In this document: positions 20,810 to 30,186 of the stretch, one piece after another
How the letters are laid out: each line of letters opens with the position of its first letter
Numbering within the stretch: the stretch's first letter is position 1
Source of the DNA: a virus
Taxonomy: Duplodnaviria > Heunggongvirae > Uroviricota > Caudoviricetes
Virus record (IMG/VR): IMGVR_UViG_2778261300_000002
Span: 1 to 32,996 of that record
Length of the DNA: 32,996 bases
Direction: 5' to 3' (one strand)
Notes under the pieces: model-generated
What the model saw: the letters and a program-made list of their open reading frames with translations, nothing else
The model's database searches: none
What the model was told of the DNA's origin: nothing
Translations under genes and position numbers: made by a program

Positions 20810-21979
20810 CTAACCCACCTTTGTAGTATCTTGCCTTCTTGAGGATTTACTCTTAGACGTTAACCTAGATACCTTATTTGCTGAAATTGAAAGTAAACTA
20901 GCAATTTTTCTTACTGTAAATACTCTCTCATCACAATTTCTAATTAATTTTGCTAATTTTTCTATTATTTGTTCTGGTTGATCAAACTTCTCTCCTTTAG
21001 ATTCCCAAATAGACATCATAAGAAAAGTTGTATCAAATTTACCATTATTAAATAAAATAGAATGGCGAAGCGCACGCTCGCATATTTGTTCAATAAACGC
21101 ACATGACAAGTCTTTTGAGAGAACAGCGGAGTCATATGCAACATCTAATGTTGGAAAATGCTGATTCAATAATCTTTCATATAGACGTTCTCTCACTTTT
21201 AAATCAGGTAAACCAATTTCGAGTCTGTATGAAAATCTACGCCAAACCGCATTATCTAGTAAATTCTCGTGATTGCTGGCAGATATAAGTACAGTATGTT
21301 CAGGAAGATCATCAATGTTTTGTAACAATGCAACAACAACTCTTTTTAATTCACCCAATTCATGTTGATCATCTCTGGCTTTTGCCAAAGCATCAAGTTC
21401 GTCCAGAAATAGAACGCAAGGTTGATTGCTTGCATACTCAAAAAGAGTGCGTATATTTTTAGCTGTTGAACCTAAATATGACGATACCAACGCATCACAC
21501 CGCGCAGTGAAAAGAGGTAATCTCAACTCAGATGCAATATGCTTAGCTGCAAGAGTTTTGCCACAACCTGGAGGACCAAAAAGTATCATTGAGGATGCAG
21601 CTTTTAATCCATATTTCTTCAGTTCATCTCTTCGTATTACTGATGTAATAAATTCATTAATTTTTTCATTAATCGAGTTATTCAAAATAGGTGGAGCTAC
21701 GTTGATCTCAGGCTCTGTTTTATCTGCCAGATGAAATTTTGTTTCATTATCAGTAGGAACTGAATATGCCTTTGTGGAGAGGCTATTTTGAGTAAAGTTT
21801 GCTTTCTGAAGCGAGAATGTAGTTTCCTGCTTCAAGAAGCTTCGTATTGTTTTCGCGAGTTCGCGCTCACCTTCCGCATCCATCTCTCTTGCAACTTTTG
21901 CTGCAATTCTCTGGAAGGTTATTTTATCGCCTATGACCCCTGACTTTATGAGGTCTACCAATAACTCGCCGTTGTTCAT
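20810..21979 (-). CDS. AAA+ ATPase (IetA-like)
   Basis: Walker A GPPGCGKT, Walker B VLFLDELD, arginine-finger region NAVWRRF. Start set at the ATG giving MNNGELLVDL...; the ORF-track start at 22030 is a TTG. Immediately upstream of the S8 protease gene. Confidence 0.8.
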   Translation of the reverse strand: MNNGELLVDLIKSGVIGDKITFQRIAAKVAREMDAEGERELAKTIRSFLKQETTFSLQKANFTQNSLSTKAYSVPTDNETKFHLADKTEPEINVAPPILNNSINEKINEFITSVIRRDELKKYGLKAASSMILFGPPGCGKTLAAKHIASELRLPLFTARCDALVSSYLGSTAKNIRTLFEYASNQPCVLFLDELDALAKARDDQHELGELKRVVVALLQNIDDLPEHTVLISASNHENLLDNAVWRRFSYRLEIGLPDLKVRERLYERLLNQHFPTLDVAYDSAVLSKDLSCAFIEQICERALRHSILFNNGKFDTTFLMMSIWESKGEKFDQPEQIIEKLAKLIRNCDERVFTVRKIASLLSISANKVSRLTSKSKSSRRQDTTKVG

Positions 21980-22039
21980 GTGATACAAAAATCCCCTAAC
22001 ATAGTTGAAAACCGTGTGATAATGACACAAATCCTGATT

Positions 22040-22488
22040 TTTTCAAAAATATCATTGTAAATATGGAACATCAATACTCACAAAGATACTCAGTTCTACT
22101 TACGTTGCTTTATCCATTCAAGTGCTTTCAATACGGTTTCCATTTCCCCCCTTAAACTCTGTTACCAGCTCCCCGCCTGCTCCAGAAAATTTTGTGTATC
22201 TGGTATCAGCACCAGTTACGGCGGCATTCCTACACTACTGCGGTTATCGGTGGTGTCGGTCTTTCGGTCACCGCTTTGGAGACACAGACTTTTTCCTGCC
22301 AGCTCGGTGCAAGCCAATACTTTTTCCCTTCCCGGCTAAGTCGCCCGTACCGCAGCATGTTCTGAATTAGGTTGTGTATTTTTTGATAGTTACGCCAAGA
22401 GCATCAGCCATCTCGCGGGGGGGGGGATCCCCGTTCTCCAGCAGATACCTGATAGCGGCCTGTTGGTTTTCCTGTTCATACCTCTGAC
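22040..22488 (-). other. Decayed remnant DNA at the island/replication-module junction, containing a G10 homopolymer
   Basis: Only short broken reading frames (e.g. ...EQENQQAAIRYLLENGDPPPREMADALGVTIKKYTT); G10 run at 22417..22426 followed by ATCCCC. Confidence 0.35.
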
Positions 22489-23235
22489 CTACCTCACTGC
22501 GCCAGCCTGACCAACATTCGGGCGCCAGCTCTCCCAGTTAAAATTCACCCAGCGCCCGCCGTTCATGGTCATGCGATCCATAATTCGCTCGCCGAGCAAT
22601 GTTTTCATGGCCTCATAGTTCAGGTTTGTCAGCATCCCCACGCTGCGCATCGACGCTGTCCGGCGATCAACAATCTGATGCAGCACCACCTGCTCGTTTT
22701 TTGTCTCGCGCTGAATGCCAATTTCATCAAGAACCAGCAGATCCACTTCGCACAGTTCCCGCAAAAATTTTTTGCCTGATTGCCCGTCGTCATAGCTGGC
22801 GTGTAGAGCACTCATGACATCAGCCACGGTAACCACAATCACTGTCTGGCCATCTTTCAGCAAGCGATTCCCGATAGCCGCCGCCAGATGGTTTTTTCCG
22901 GTACCAGGTTTTCCGCTGAACGCAAAATTTGTACACCCGGCCATCAGTTCATCAGCGATAGATTTCGCCTGGCTCAACGCGTATCGCTGACCGTCGTTCT
23001 GCACCAGGTAATTCGCAAACGAGCATTTACAGTGCAACGGCTGGATGCCTGAGCGATTCAGAATTTTTTCCACCCGCAACTGGCGATTCAGGCGGTTGAT
23101 CTCCTCGCTACGTTTCTGGCCTTCAGCAAGTTGCCACTCGCGCCACTCCGCTACCGTTCTGAATGGGGCGGTTACATGTGGCGGGGCTAGTCTGCGGATA
23201 CGTTCAAGAACGCCGCCTGTCGCAATATTTTTCAT
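22489..23235 (-). CDS. DnaC-like replication protein (helicase loader, Rac YdaV-like)
   Basis: 248 aa; Walker A FSGKPGTGKNHLAAAIG, Walker B DLLVLDEIG; DnaC/IstB family. Confidence 0.85.
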   Translation of the reverse strand: MKNIATGGVLERIRRLAPPHVTAPFRTVAEWREWQLAEGQKRSEEINRLNRQLRVEKILNRSGIQPLHCKCSFANYLVQNDGQRYALSQAKSIADELMAGCTNFAFSGKPGTGKNHLAAAIGNRLLKDGQTVIVVTVADVMSALHASYDDGQSGKKFLRELCEVDLLVLDEIGIQRETKNEQVVLHQIVDRRTASMRSVGMLTNLNYEAMKTLLGERIMDRMTMNGGRWVNFNWESWRPNVGQAGAVR

Positions 23236-23241
23236 GGTCTG

Positions 23242-24030
23242 TTACCCCCTGAAGCCTGGCGGGATCGCACTGTCCGGCAACGAGACGGTGTTAACCTGTC
23301 GGAGCAACGTCTCAGGCCGAACACCTTTCGGCGCGAACAGGCCCTGGTATTCATTGGCGATGCTGTGTCGAATCACCTGCTCAGGTGTAAAACCCTGCTG
23401 ACGGAATTTTTCCAGTTCCCGTATCGCCCCGTTAGCGCCCTGCTCCGTTCGAATCGGTTTTCGCAATGCCTGTCTGAACCGGACCCACTCATGCCAGAGT
23501 GTTTCCGGCAACCAATCGGGCAGCTCAATAGTCTCCGGCTCGAATTTTTTAGACGCTCGTTTTTGGCGAGGGGGATTTAGGGGGAGATCAGTATTTAGAT
23601 CTTCCTCTTCCTTTTCCTCTGGTAACGCTTTTTGATCCGTTTGTGTAACGCTGGCAGCGTTACCTTGTCGTTTCAGTTCGCGTATTTTGGTTACTCGCTC
23701 GTTTGTAACCGCCCGTTTTTTAGAGCTTTTTCCGTTATGACGTTCAAAGTTAGGTAGAGAAAGCCCACCGTCATTTTCGACCAGCCATCCAACCTGAATT
23801 AACGCATCAGCAAAACCAGACATAAAAGTGATGCGATCTATTGCACTTTTTGTAACGCCGCGAGCGTTACAATCTGCATTACCGTCTATCATTTGTTGAT
23901 CCGCCCATGCCCAGAAGCGAATAACCTTCCCTAATGCGGCATCTGGATCAATATTCAGAATCTCAGCAAGCCTGAATATTTCCGGCTTATCCGGCGTAAT
24001 AACCTCGAGCTTTATCCAGTTTGAAGCCAT
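23242..24030 (-). CDS. Replication initiation protein (O-like / Rac YdaU-like)
   Basis: 262 aa immediately upstream of the DnaC-like gene (6-nt gap); acidic central linker; position equivalent to lambda O. Confidence 0.6.
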   Translation of the reverse strand: MASNWIKLEVITPDKPEIFRLAEILNIDPDAALGKVIRFWAWADQQMIDGNADCNARGVTKSAIDRITFMSGFADALIQVGWLVENDGGLSLPNFERHNGKSSKKRAVTNERVTKIRELKRQGNAASVTQTDQKALPEEKEEEDLNTDLPLNPPRQKRASKKFEPETIELPDWLPETLWHEWVRFRQALRKPIRTEQGANGAIRELEKFRQQGFTPEQVIRHSIANEYQGLFAPKGVRPETLLRQVNTVSLPDSAIPPGFRG

Positions 24031-24107
24031 TTGTTTTCACCTTGTAACGCTCGCAGCGTTACATTTAACTGATACCGAACAAAACAATCCGGCACGATTA
24101 ATTTCAA

Positions 24108-24530
24108 TCAATGCACTACGACAGAATCGCCAGGCGACCCGCCGCCGCTGAAATGCGCTTTACGGTAAACGGCCTGGACTGCATCATCATGCGCATCAAT
24201 TGCTGTACTCAATGCTTCCTGCGCGGCCAGTAATGCACGGCGTTCCAGGGTATCGAAGATGCTGAGTCGGTGGCGCAGCTCGCGCGGAAGGATTGCCAGA
24301 ATTGCAGGGACCAGTTTCTGAATTTTTTCCCTTTGCGCTTCCGTTTCACCTTTTAACCAACGGTGATAGATGTTCTGCTGATTATTCCAGTCCTTGCCTG
24401 GTACCAGGGGCAATTCGCAGCCTCCCAGGCGCAGATATTCTTCAGTAATGGCACTGGCAACCCATGCCTGCCCTTTTTCAGATGCCAGGGCTAACAACAC
24501 TGATTCGATGTGCTCATGCCTGATTTTCAT
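24108..24530 (-). CDS. YdaT-like protein (proposed CII-like regulator of Rac-type prophages)
   Basis: 140 aa, MKIRHEHIESVLLALASEKGQ..., C-terminus ...GGGSPGDSVVVH; follows the Cro-like gene with a 4-nt overlap. Confidence 0.6.
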   Translation of the reverse strand: MKIRHEHIESVLLALASEKGQAWVASAITEEYLRLGGCELPLVPGKDWNNQQNIYHRWLKGETEAQREKIQKLVPAILAILPRELRHRLSIFDTLERRALLAAQEALSTAIDAHDDAVQAVYRKAHFSGGGSPGDSVVVH

Positions 24531-24769
24531 GAATCAACCGCTCCTATGCTGTTTTCGCTATGCTTACCGTCTGGGGGGAATACATCGTCAAGTCCACAAT
24601 GAGCGCCAAGCCGATTAAGGGTTGAAACAATTCTTCTGCACTCCTCTAGCCCAGGGGTACGAAAATTTGCTTCGTAATTTGCCAGTCGGCTTTGTATCCA
24701 CCCTAACTGAACAGCGAGTTGTCTTTGAGACAGCCCAAGCTGTTTTCGATATGTTGAAATTTTGTTCAT
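24527..24769 (-). CDS. Cro-like HTH regulator (YdaS-like)
   Basis: 80 aa with HTH ...QLGLSQRQLAVQLGWIQSRLANYE...; divergent from the repressor gene. Confidence 0.7.
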   Translation of the reverse strand: MNKISTYRKQLGLSQRQLAVQLGWIQSRLANYEANFRTPGLEECRRIVSTLNRLGAHCGLDDVFPPDGKHSENSIGAVDS

Positions 24770-24865
24770 TGAAAACCTCCGATGACAATTTTAAACACAT
24801 CTTGTGTTATATGGTCAAGCTGTTTTGTGTTTTGCGTAAATCACGATTCGTGATACAAGAATGCA
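24770..24865. promoter_or_regulatory. Immunity-region divergent promoter/operator region
   Basis: Contains palindromes AACACA-TCT-TGTGTT (24794..24808) and ATCACGA-T-TCGTGAT (24840..24854) between divergent repressor and cro-like genes. Confidence 0.55.
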
Positions 24866-25285
24866 ATGGAGAAAGAAAACGAAAAAATTGCCGCTAGTAG
24901 GCTCAATGACAAAATTGCAATGCGTCTTAAAGAGCGCAGGCAGAAGCTTGGTTTATCTCAAGGAAAACTTGCTGAAATCTGCGGATGGACGCAATCGCGC
25001 ATAGGTAACTATGAGGCGGGCAGCAGAAATGTTGGAGTGCATGACGCTGTCGTATTGGGAAAGGCACTTGGCATATCTCCTCCTGAGCTCCTCTTTGGAG
25101 AACAGGAATCTTCTGAATTGTGGTTAAATGAATCCCAACGAAAACTTCTTGAGTTGTTTAACCAGCTACCGGGCTCAGAACAACAACGAATGATTGAGCT
25201 ATTTGAGGTCCGGCTAAAAGAAATCGATGAGTATGTAGAAAAATATTTGAGAGGCAGACTTAAAGATAATCCCCCACCGGAGTAA
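24866..25285 (+). CDS. CI-like prophage repressor (RacR-like, XRE-family HTH)
   Basis: 139 aa with HTH ...KLGLSQGKLAEICGWTQSRIGNYEAG...; divergent to the cro-like gene. Confidence 0.7.
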   Translation: MEKENEKIAASRLNDKIAMRLKERRQKLGLSQGKLAEICGWTQSRIGNYEAGSRNVGVHDAVVLGKALGISPPELLFGEQESSELWLNESQRKLLELFNQLPGSEQQRMIELFEVRLKEIDEYVEKYLRGRLKDNPPPE

Positions 25286-25315
25286 TGATCTTGCTATCAC
25301 AGTAATATGCCAATC

Positions 25316-25339
25316 AGCCCGCTATCAGCGGGCTTTTTT
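25316..25339 (+). terminator. Rho-independent terminator after the repressor gene
   Basis: Perfect hairpin AGCCCGCT-ATC-AGCGGGCT followed by TTTTT. Confidence 0.7.
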
Positions 25340-25367
25340 GTACCATCATCATATTACACCACCACAA

Positions 25368-25409
25368 AACACACATCGTGTTGACACATGAGAACACATT
25401 GTGTTTAAT
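25368..25409 (+). promoter_or_regulatory. Near-consensus sigma70 promoter overlapped by two operator-like palindromes
   Basis: -35 TTGACA (25381..25386), 17-nt spacer, -10 TTTAAT (25404..25409); palindromes AACAC-N5-GTGTT (25368..25382) and AACACA-T-TGTGTT (25393..25405) share the half-site seen at 24794..24808. Confidence 0.5.
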
Positions 25410-25589
25410 AAGCATATCCAAACAACGCCCCACCAGAGAACGGCAGGACAATACCTCGAGTTATCCAGCCACTGAACAGGGCTAAGTAGCCAGCCTGAGG
25501 CATACGAACATGACGGCAGTTGTTGATTGATACAAAGCGCAGTAGATAAAACGTTCCGCCACCCGGCGTTAAGGGGAAATGAGGTCAAC

Positions 25590-25745
25590 ATGGATACTAT
25601 CGATCTTGGTAACAACGAATCTCTGGTATGTGGCGTGTTCCCCAACCAGGATGGAACATTCACCGCCATGACATATACCAAAAGCAAAACGTTTAAAACC
25701 GAAGGTGGCGCGCGTCGCTGGTTGGTCAAAACATTAACGGAGTGA
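25590..25745 (+). CDS. Small protein in the repressor-proximal slot (YdaF/YdaG-like candidate)
   Basis: 51 aa from the ATG at 25590 (MDTIDLGNNESLVCGVFPNQDGTFTAMTYTKSKTF...), AGGGGAAATGAGG Shine-Dalgarno; the ORF-track start at 25527 is upstream of the RBS. Confidence 0.55.
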   Translation: MDTIDLGNNESLVCGVFPNQDGTFTAMTYTKSKTFKTEGGARRWLVKTLTE

Positions 25746-25746
25746 C

Positions 25747-25989
25747 TTATTCGAAGCGCTTAGTGCAAGGGTTCCATGTTTCAAGTATTAGTTCCTCATA
25801 GTCGGAATCGAGTTGAAAATGGGAGTTAGTGCCTAATGAGCACTTTCTAACAAAACGAATTATTCCCGTTCTAACAAGCAAGGCTGTACTTTGATTTTCA
25901 GGACAAAGCGCAAGTAGGTCATTGAACTGGAGGAATGATTCAATAATACGAATTTGTTCTACATTTAGCGAATTCAGATTTTTTAGCAT
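25747..25989 (-). CDS. Hypothetical protein (80 aa), AT-rich
   Basis: ORF only; convergent with the YdaF-like gene; no family recognised. Confidence 0.35.
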   Translation of the reverse strand: MLKNLNSLNVEQIRIIESFLQFNDLLALCPENQSTALLVRTGIIRFVRKCSLGTNSHFQLDSDYEELILETWNPCTKRFE

Positions 25990-26032
25990 TTTGCGCTTTT
26001 TTACGAAATCCCGAATCAGCTAGAACAGGCTC

Positions 26033-26263
26033 ATGAAAAGGATAACAACTCTATCAAAGATTAAAGTAGAGACAAAAGCCATGCTAAAGCAGAATAGTTG
26101 CATGGAATATGGAATGGCACTTTTCTTTTCCAGGTACTCTGACAAGTTTTCTGGTACCAACATTAATATCAGAAAAAATATAACTATAGTAATCATAAAC
26201 CGACTAACTGATTTTTCGGCAAGAATTTTGCCAATGTTAAAAGACTTTCTAACATTTCAATAA
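26033..26263 (+). CDS. Hypothetical protein (76 aa), AT-rich
   Basis: ORF only; no family recognised. Confidence 0.3.
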   Translation: MKRITTLSKIKVETKAMLKQNSCMEYGMALFFSRYSDKFSGTNINIRKNITIVIINRLTDFSARILPMLKDFLTFQ

Positions 26264-26473
26264 CTCTCAACTGTAAGGGTATTGAAATGTTAACACAAGC
26301 TCTCGCTGTAGGGGTATAGCAGAGACCACCGAAGCCCGGAGGTGGTGAAATAAAACCGGGCACAACACGAAGGCGCATTTCCGATATCCATAAAGAGTCG
26401 GTCTTGTCTGTTAAATTTAAATGGTGGGAGTGCGCCTCCGGTTGTGAATAACAACACTGCTGTGTGTAGTCTT

Positions 26474-26520
26474 GGCGGCATCAGTTTTTTCTTGAAGTTC
26501 GACTGATGTCCGCCCTTTTT
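26474..26520 (+). terminator. Terminator-like hairpin with U-run in a structured non-coding region
   Basis: GGCGGCATCAG...CTGATGTCCGCC inverted repeat (one bulge) followed by CTTTTTAAAG. Confidence 0.4.
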
Positions 26521-26695
26521 AAAGTGAATTTTGTGATGCGGTGAATGCGGCTAAGCGCACGCGGCACAGTTAAAAGTCATGTTAGTCCTTATTGGTTTGG
26601 GTGGGAAAGCCGACTGTAATTGTTAACTGGTTGCAGTCACCTGGAGGCACCAGGCACCGCATCAACAAAGTTCATTTGTAAAAATGGAGATAATT

Positions 26696-26917
26696 ATGAT
26701 TGCACATCACTTCGGAACTGATGAAATACCACGTCAGTGTGTGACTCCTGGTGATTATGTTCTTCATGAAGGCCGGACATATATCGCCTCGGCAAACAAT
26801 ATTAAAAAGCGAAAACTTTATATTCGTAACCTGACTACAAAAACATGCATTTCTGACTGCATGATTAAAGTCTTCCTCGGTCGTGATGGTTTACCTGTAA
26901 AGGCGGAGTCATGGTGA
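26696..26917 (+). CDS. kilR: KilR cell-division inhibitor
   Basis: 73 aa from the internal Met, [49 protein letters not shown]...[14 protein letters not shown], matching Rac KilR as remembered. Confidence 0.8.
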   Translation: MIAHHFGTDEIPRQCVTPGDYVLHEGRTYIASANNIKKRKLYIRNLTTKTCISDCMIKVFLGRDGLPVKAESW

Positions 26918-27087
26918 TGACTAAGAAAATAAAATGTGCTTACCACCTTTGCAATAAAGGAATTGAAGAAAGCAAAAGCATTAAAAGACCACTTCATTTC
27001 ATGCGTGGAGTTATCCCAACGACGGAAATGAAAAAATATTGTAGTGAAAATTGTGCCGAAAAAGACCAGATGGCACACGAACTTTAA
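26917..27087 (+). CDS. ydaE: YdaE-like small zinc-binding protein
   Basis: 56 aa (below the ORF-track cutoff), [56 protein letters not shown]; start overlaps the kilR stop (TGATG). Confidence 0.7.
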   Translation: MTKKIKCAYHLCNKGIEESKSIKRPLHFMRGVIPTTEMKKYCSENCAEKDQMAHEL

Positions 27088-27160
27088 TTAACTGACTATG
27101 CGAAACTGAATTTATGCCAGCAATGGCAGGGATTCGCTCAACCTTAATTAAGGAGAAAAA

Positions 27161-27436
27161 ATGATTACCAATTATGAAGTCACTGTTGTAACTACCGATG
27201 ACATTGTTCACGAGGTTAATCTGGAAGGAAAGCGTATTGGCTACGTGATTAAAACAGAAAATAAAGAAACCCCATTCACTGTGGTTGATATTGACGGCCC
27301 ATCAGGCAACGTAAAAACACTTGATGAAGGTGTCACAAAAATGAGTCTGGTTCACATCGGAAAGAATCTGCCCGCAGAAAAAAAAGCCGGATTTCTGGCA
27401 ACTCTGATTGCAATGAAATTAAAAGGTGAAATCTGA
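27161..27436 (+). CDS. racC: RacC-like protein
   Basis: 91 aa, MITNYEVTVVTTDDIVHEVNLEGKRIGYVIKTENKETPFTVVDIDGPSGNVKTLDEG...; AAGGAG Shine-Dalgarno; between ydaE and recE as in Rac. Confidence 0.7.
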   Translation: MITNYEVTVVTTDDIVHEVNLEGKRIGYVIKTENKETPFTVVDIDGPSGNVKTLDEGVTKMSLVHIGKNLPAEKKAGFLATLIAMKLKGEI

Positions 27437-27534
27437 AAAAAGAAAGCCTGCACAACGTGCAGGCCTGAGTGAAGAACCTGGGACATTTATTCATCACTCG
27501 CAGTAATTTTAATCTGAGTTGAGGTTAAAAAACA

Positions 27535-30186
27535 ATGAGCACAAAACCACTCTTCCTTTTACGGAAAGCGAAAAAATCATCCGGTGAACCTGACGTCGTC
27601 CTGTGGGCAAGCGACGATTTTGAATCAACCTGTGCCACTCTGGACTACCTGATCGTTAAGTCAGGTAAAAAACTGAGCAACTATTTTAAAGCTGTTGCCA
27701 CAAATTTTCCTGTCGTTAATGACCTTCCCCCTGAAGGTGAGATCGATTTTACCTGGAGTGAACGCTATCAACTCAGCAAAGACTCCATGACCTGGGAACT
27801 AAAACCGGGAGCAGCGCCAGACGACGTTCACCATCAGGAGGATGCACCGGAAACCGAAGAACCGACGGGAGGCCAGGAAGAAAACGCGCAGGCAGACGCC
27901 CACGAGGATTGCCAGGATTGCGAAGTCTCTGTAGCCACTTTGCGGTTCACACAGCGTCTTCTGCACATTTTTACGTATGCAGCCGGGGATCGAAAATACC
28001 TGCATCATGCCACCCGTGAACAACGCAAACACATTACTGCTCTTGAGATGGATCAGGAAAACAGCTATGTCCAGAATCTGCTGTTGGCCATACGCAGCAT
28101 GGCAGAACCGACAACTCTGGATAATGCCGCCCTGCTCCGCCTGACTGATGCAATTAAGGCAGTGTTCTCTATCACGAAAAAACATCAGCCCTATGAATTT
28201 AAGAATTTCATTTCAGCCTGGCTGGATACCGAACACATTGATCGCGGTCTTCTGACAAAAGAATGGCGAAAAGGGAATCGTGTTTCACGCATCACTCGCA
28301 CGGCTTCCGGTGCTAATGCTGGCGGCGGGAACCTCACCGATCGCGGCGAAGGTTTCGTCCACGATCTGACGTCACTGGCGCGCGATGTAGCCACTGGCGT
28401 ACTGGCCCGTTCAATGGACGTGGACATCTATAACCTTCATCCGGCACACGCTAAACGCATTGAGGAAATTATCGCTGAAAATAAACCACCCTTTTCTGTT
28501 TTCCGCGACAAATTCATCACCATGCCTGGCGGGCTGGATTATTCCCGCGCCATCGTGGTTGCGTCCGTGAAAGAAGCACCAATTGGGATCGAGGTCATCC
28601 CCGCACACGTCACTGAATATCTGAACAAAGTACTGACTGAAACCGATCATGCCAACCCTGATCCGGAAATCGTGGATATTGCCTGCGGTCGCTCCTCGGC
28701 CCCGATGCCGCAGCGAGTAACAGAAGAAGGAAAACAGGACGATGAAGAAAAACCACAACCATCTGGCGCAATGGCAGATGAACAGGCAACGGCTGAAACA
28801 GTGGAACCGAATGCAACTGAACATCATCAGAACACGCAGCCGCTGGATGCTCAGTCACAGGTAAATTCTGTTGATGCGAAATATCAGGAACTGCGGGCAG
28901 AACTCCATGAAGCCCGGAAAAACATTCCATCAAAAAATCCTGTCGATGCCGATAAATTGCTTGCTGCATCACGTGGTGAATTTGTTGACGGAATTAGCGA
29001 CCCGAACGATCCGAAATGGGTTAAGGGGATCCAGACTCGCGATTCTGTGTACCAGAACCAGCCAGAAACGGAAAAAATCAGCCCGGATGCGAAACAACCT
29101 GAGCCAGTAGTGCAACAGGAACCGGAAATAGTCTGCAATGCCTGCGGTCAGACTGGCGGGGATAACTGCCCTGACTGTGGTGCGGTGATGGGCGACGCAA
29201 CATACCAGGAAACATTCGGTGAAGAGAATCAGGTTGAAGCTAAGGAAAAAGATCCGGAGGAAATGGAAGGCGCTGAACATCCGCACAATGAGAATGCTGG
29301 CAGCGATCCGCATCGCGATTGCAGTGATGAAACTGGCGAAGTCGCAGATCCCGTAATCGTAGAAGACATAGAGCCAGGTATTTATTACGGAATTTCGAAT
29401 GAGAATTACCACGCAGGTCCCGGTGTCAGTAAGTCTCAGCTCGATGACATTGCTGATACTCCGGCACTGTATTTGTGGCGTAAAAATGCCCCCGTGGACA
29501 CTACAAAGACAAAAACGCTCGATTTAGGAACCGCTTTCCACTGCCGGGTACTTGAACCGGAAGAATTCAGTAACCGCTTTATCGTAGCACCTGAATTTAA
29601 CCGCCGTACAAACGCCGGAAAAGAAGAAGAGAAAGCGTTTCTGATGGAATGCGCAAGCACAGGAAAAACGGTTATCACTGCGGAAGAAGGCCGGAAAATT
29701 GAACTCATGTATCAAAGCGTTATGGCTTTGCCGCTGGGGCAATGGCTTGTTGAAAGCGCCGGACACGCTGAATCATCAATTTACTGGGAAGATCCGGAAA
29801 CAGGAATTTTGTGTCGGTGCCGTCCGGACAAAATTATTCCTGAATTTCACTGGATCATGGACGTGAAAACCACAGCGGATATTCAACGATTCAAAACGGC
29901 TTATTACGACTACCGCTATCACGTTCAGGATGCATTCTACAGTGACGGTTATGAAGCACAGTTTGGTGTGCAGCCAACTTTCGTTTTTCTGGTTGCCAGC
30001 ACAACTGTTGAATGCGGACGTTATCCGGTTGAGATTTTCATGATGGGCGAAGAAGCAAAACTGGCAGGCCAGCAGGAATATCACCGCAATCTGCGGACCC
30101 TGGCTGACTGCCTAAATACCGATGAATGGCCAGCAATTAAGACGTTATCACTGCCCCGCTGGGCTAAGGAGTATGCAAATGACTAA
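27535..30186 (+). CDS. recE: Exonuclease VIII (RecE)
   Basis: 883 aa; N-terminus [44 protein letters not shown]..., acidic central region, C-terminal nuclease domain ...[20 protein letters not shown]...[13 protein letters not shown]...; stop overlaps the recT start. Confidence 0.9.
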   Translation: MSTKPLFLLRKAKKSSGEPDVVLWASDDFESTCATLDYLIVKSGKKLSNYFKAVATNFPVVNDLPPEGEIDFTWSERYQLSKDSMTWELKPGAAPDDVHHQEDAPETEEPTGGQEENAQADAHEDCQDCEVSVATLRFTQRLLHIFTYAAGDRKYLHHATREQRKHITALEMDQENSYVQNLLLAIRSMAEPTTLDNAALLRLTDAIKAVFSITKKHQPYEFKNFISAWLDTEHIDRGLLTKEWRKGNRVSRITRTASGANAGGGNLTDRGEGFVHDLTSLARDVATGVLARSMDVDIYNLHPAHAKRIEEIIAENKPPFSVFRDKFITMPGGLDYSRAIVVASVKEAPIGIEVIPAHVTEYLNKVLTETDHANPDPEIVDIACGRSSAPMPQRVTEEGKQDDEEKPQPSGAMADEQATAETVEPNATEHHQNTQPLDAQSQVNSVDAKYQELRAELHEARKNIPSKNPVDADKLLAASRGEFVDGISDPNDPKWVKGIQTRDSVYQNQPETEKISPDAKQPEPVVQQEPEIVCNACGQTGGDNCPDCGAVMGDATYQETFGEENQVEAKEKDPEEMEGAEHPHNENAGSDPHRDCSDETGEVADPVIVEDIEPGIYYGISNENYHAGPGVSKSQLDDIADTPALYLWRKNAPVDTTKTKTLDLGTAFHCRVLEPEEFSNRFIVAPEFNRRTNAGKEEEKAFLMECASTGKTVITAEEGRKIELMYQSVMALPLGQWLVESAGHAESSIYWEDPETGILCRCRPDKIIPEFHWIMDVKTTADIQRFKTAYYDYRYHVQDAFYSDGYEAQFGVQPTFVFLVASTTVECGRYPVEIFMMGEEAKLAGQQEYHRNLRTLADCLNTDEWPAIKTLSLPRWAKEYAND

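Noticed and set aside
22122-22370. 82-aa plus-strand ORF in the junction region
   Set aside because: Pro-rich product with no RBS inside a region that looks like decayed remnant DNA; treated as part of the scar rather than a gene.
25349-25729. 126-aa minus-strand ORF overlapping the promoter and the YdaF-like gene
   Set aside because: Overlaps a well-formed promoter, RBS and small gene on the plus strand; Trp/Cys/Pro-rich product typical of antisense reading.
26193-26481. Minus-strand ORFs 26193..26378 and 26290..26481 in the structured non-coding region
   Set aside because: No RBS; they span GC-rich hairpins better explained as RNA structure or terminators.
27799-30084. Multiple minus-strand ORFs (27799..28185, 28191..28427, 28411..28827, 28610..28972, 28884..29138, 28969..29412, 29436..29708, 29524..29766, 29776..30084) and plus-strand 28871..29110 within recE
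   Set aside because: All lie inside the 883-aa RecE gene, which has end-to-end homology to exonuclease VIII.
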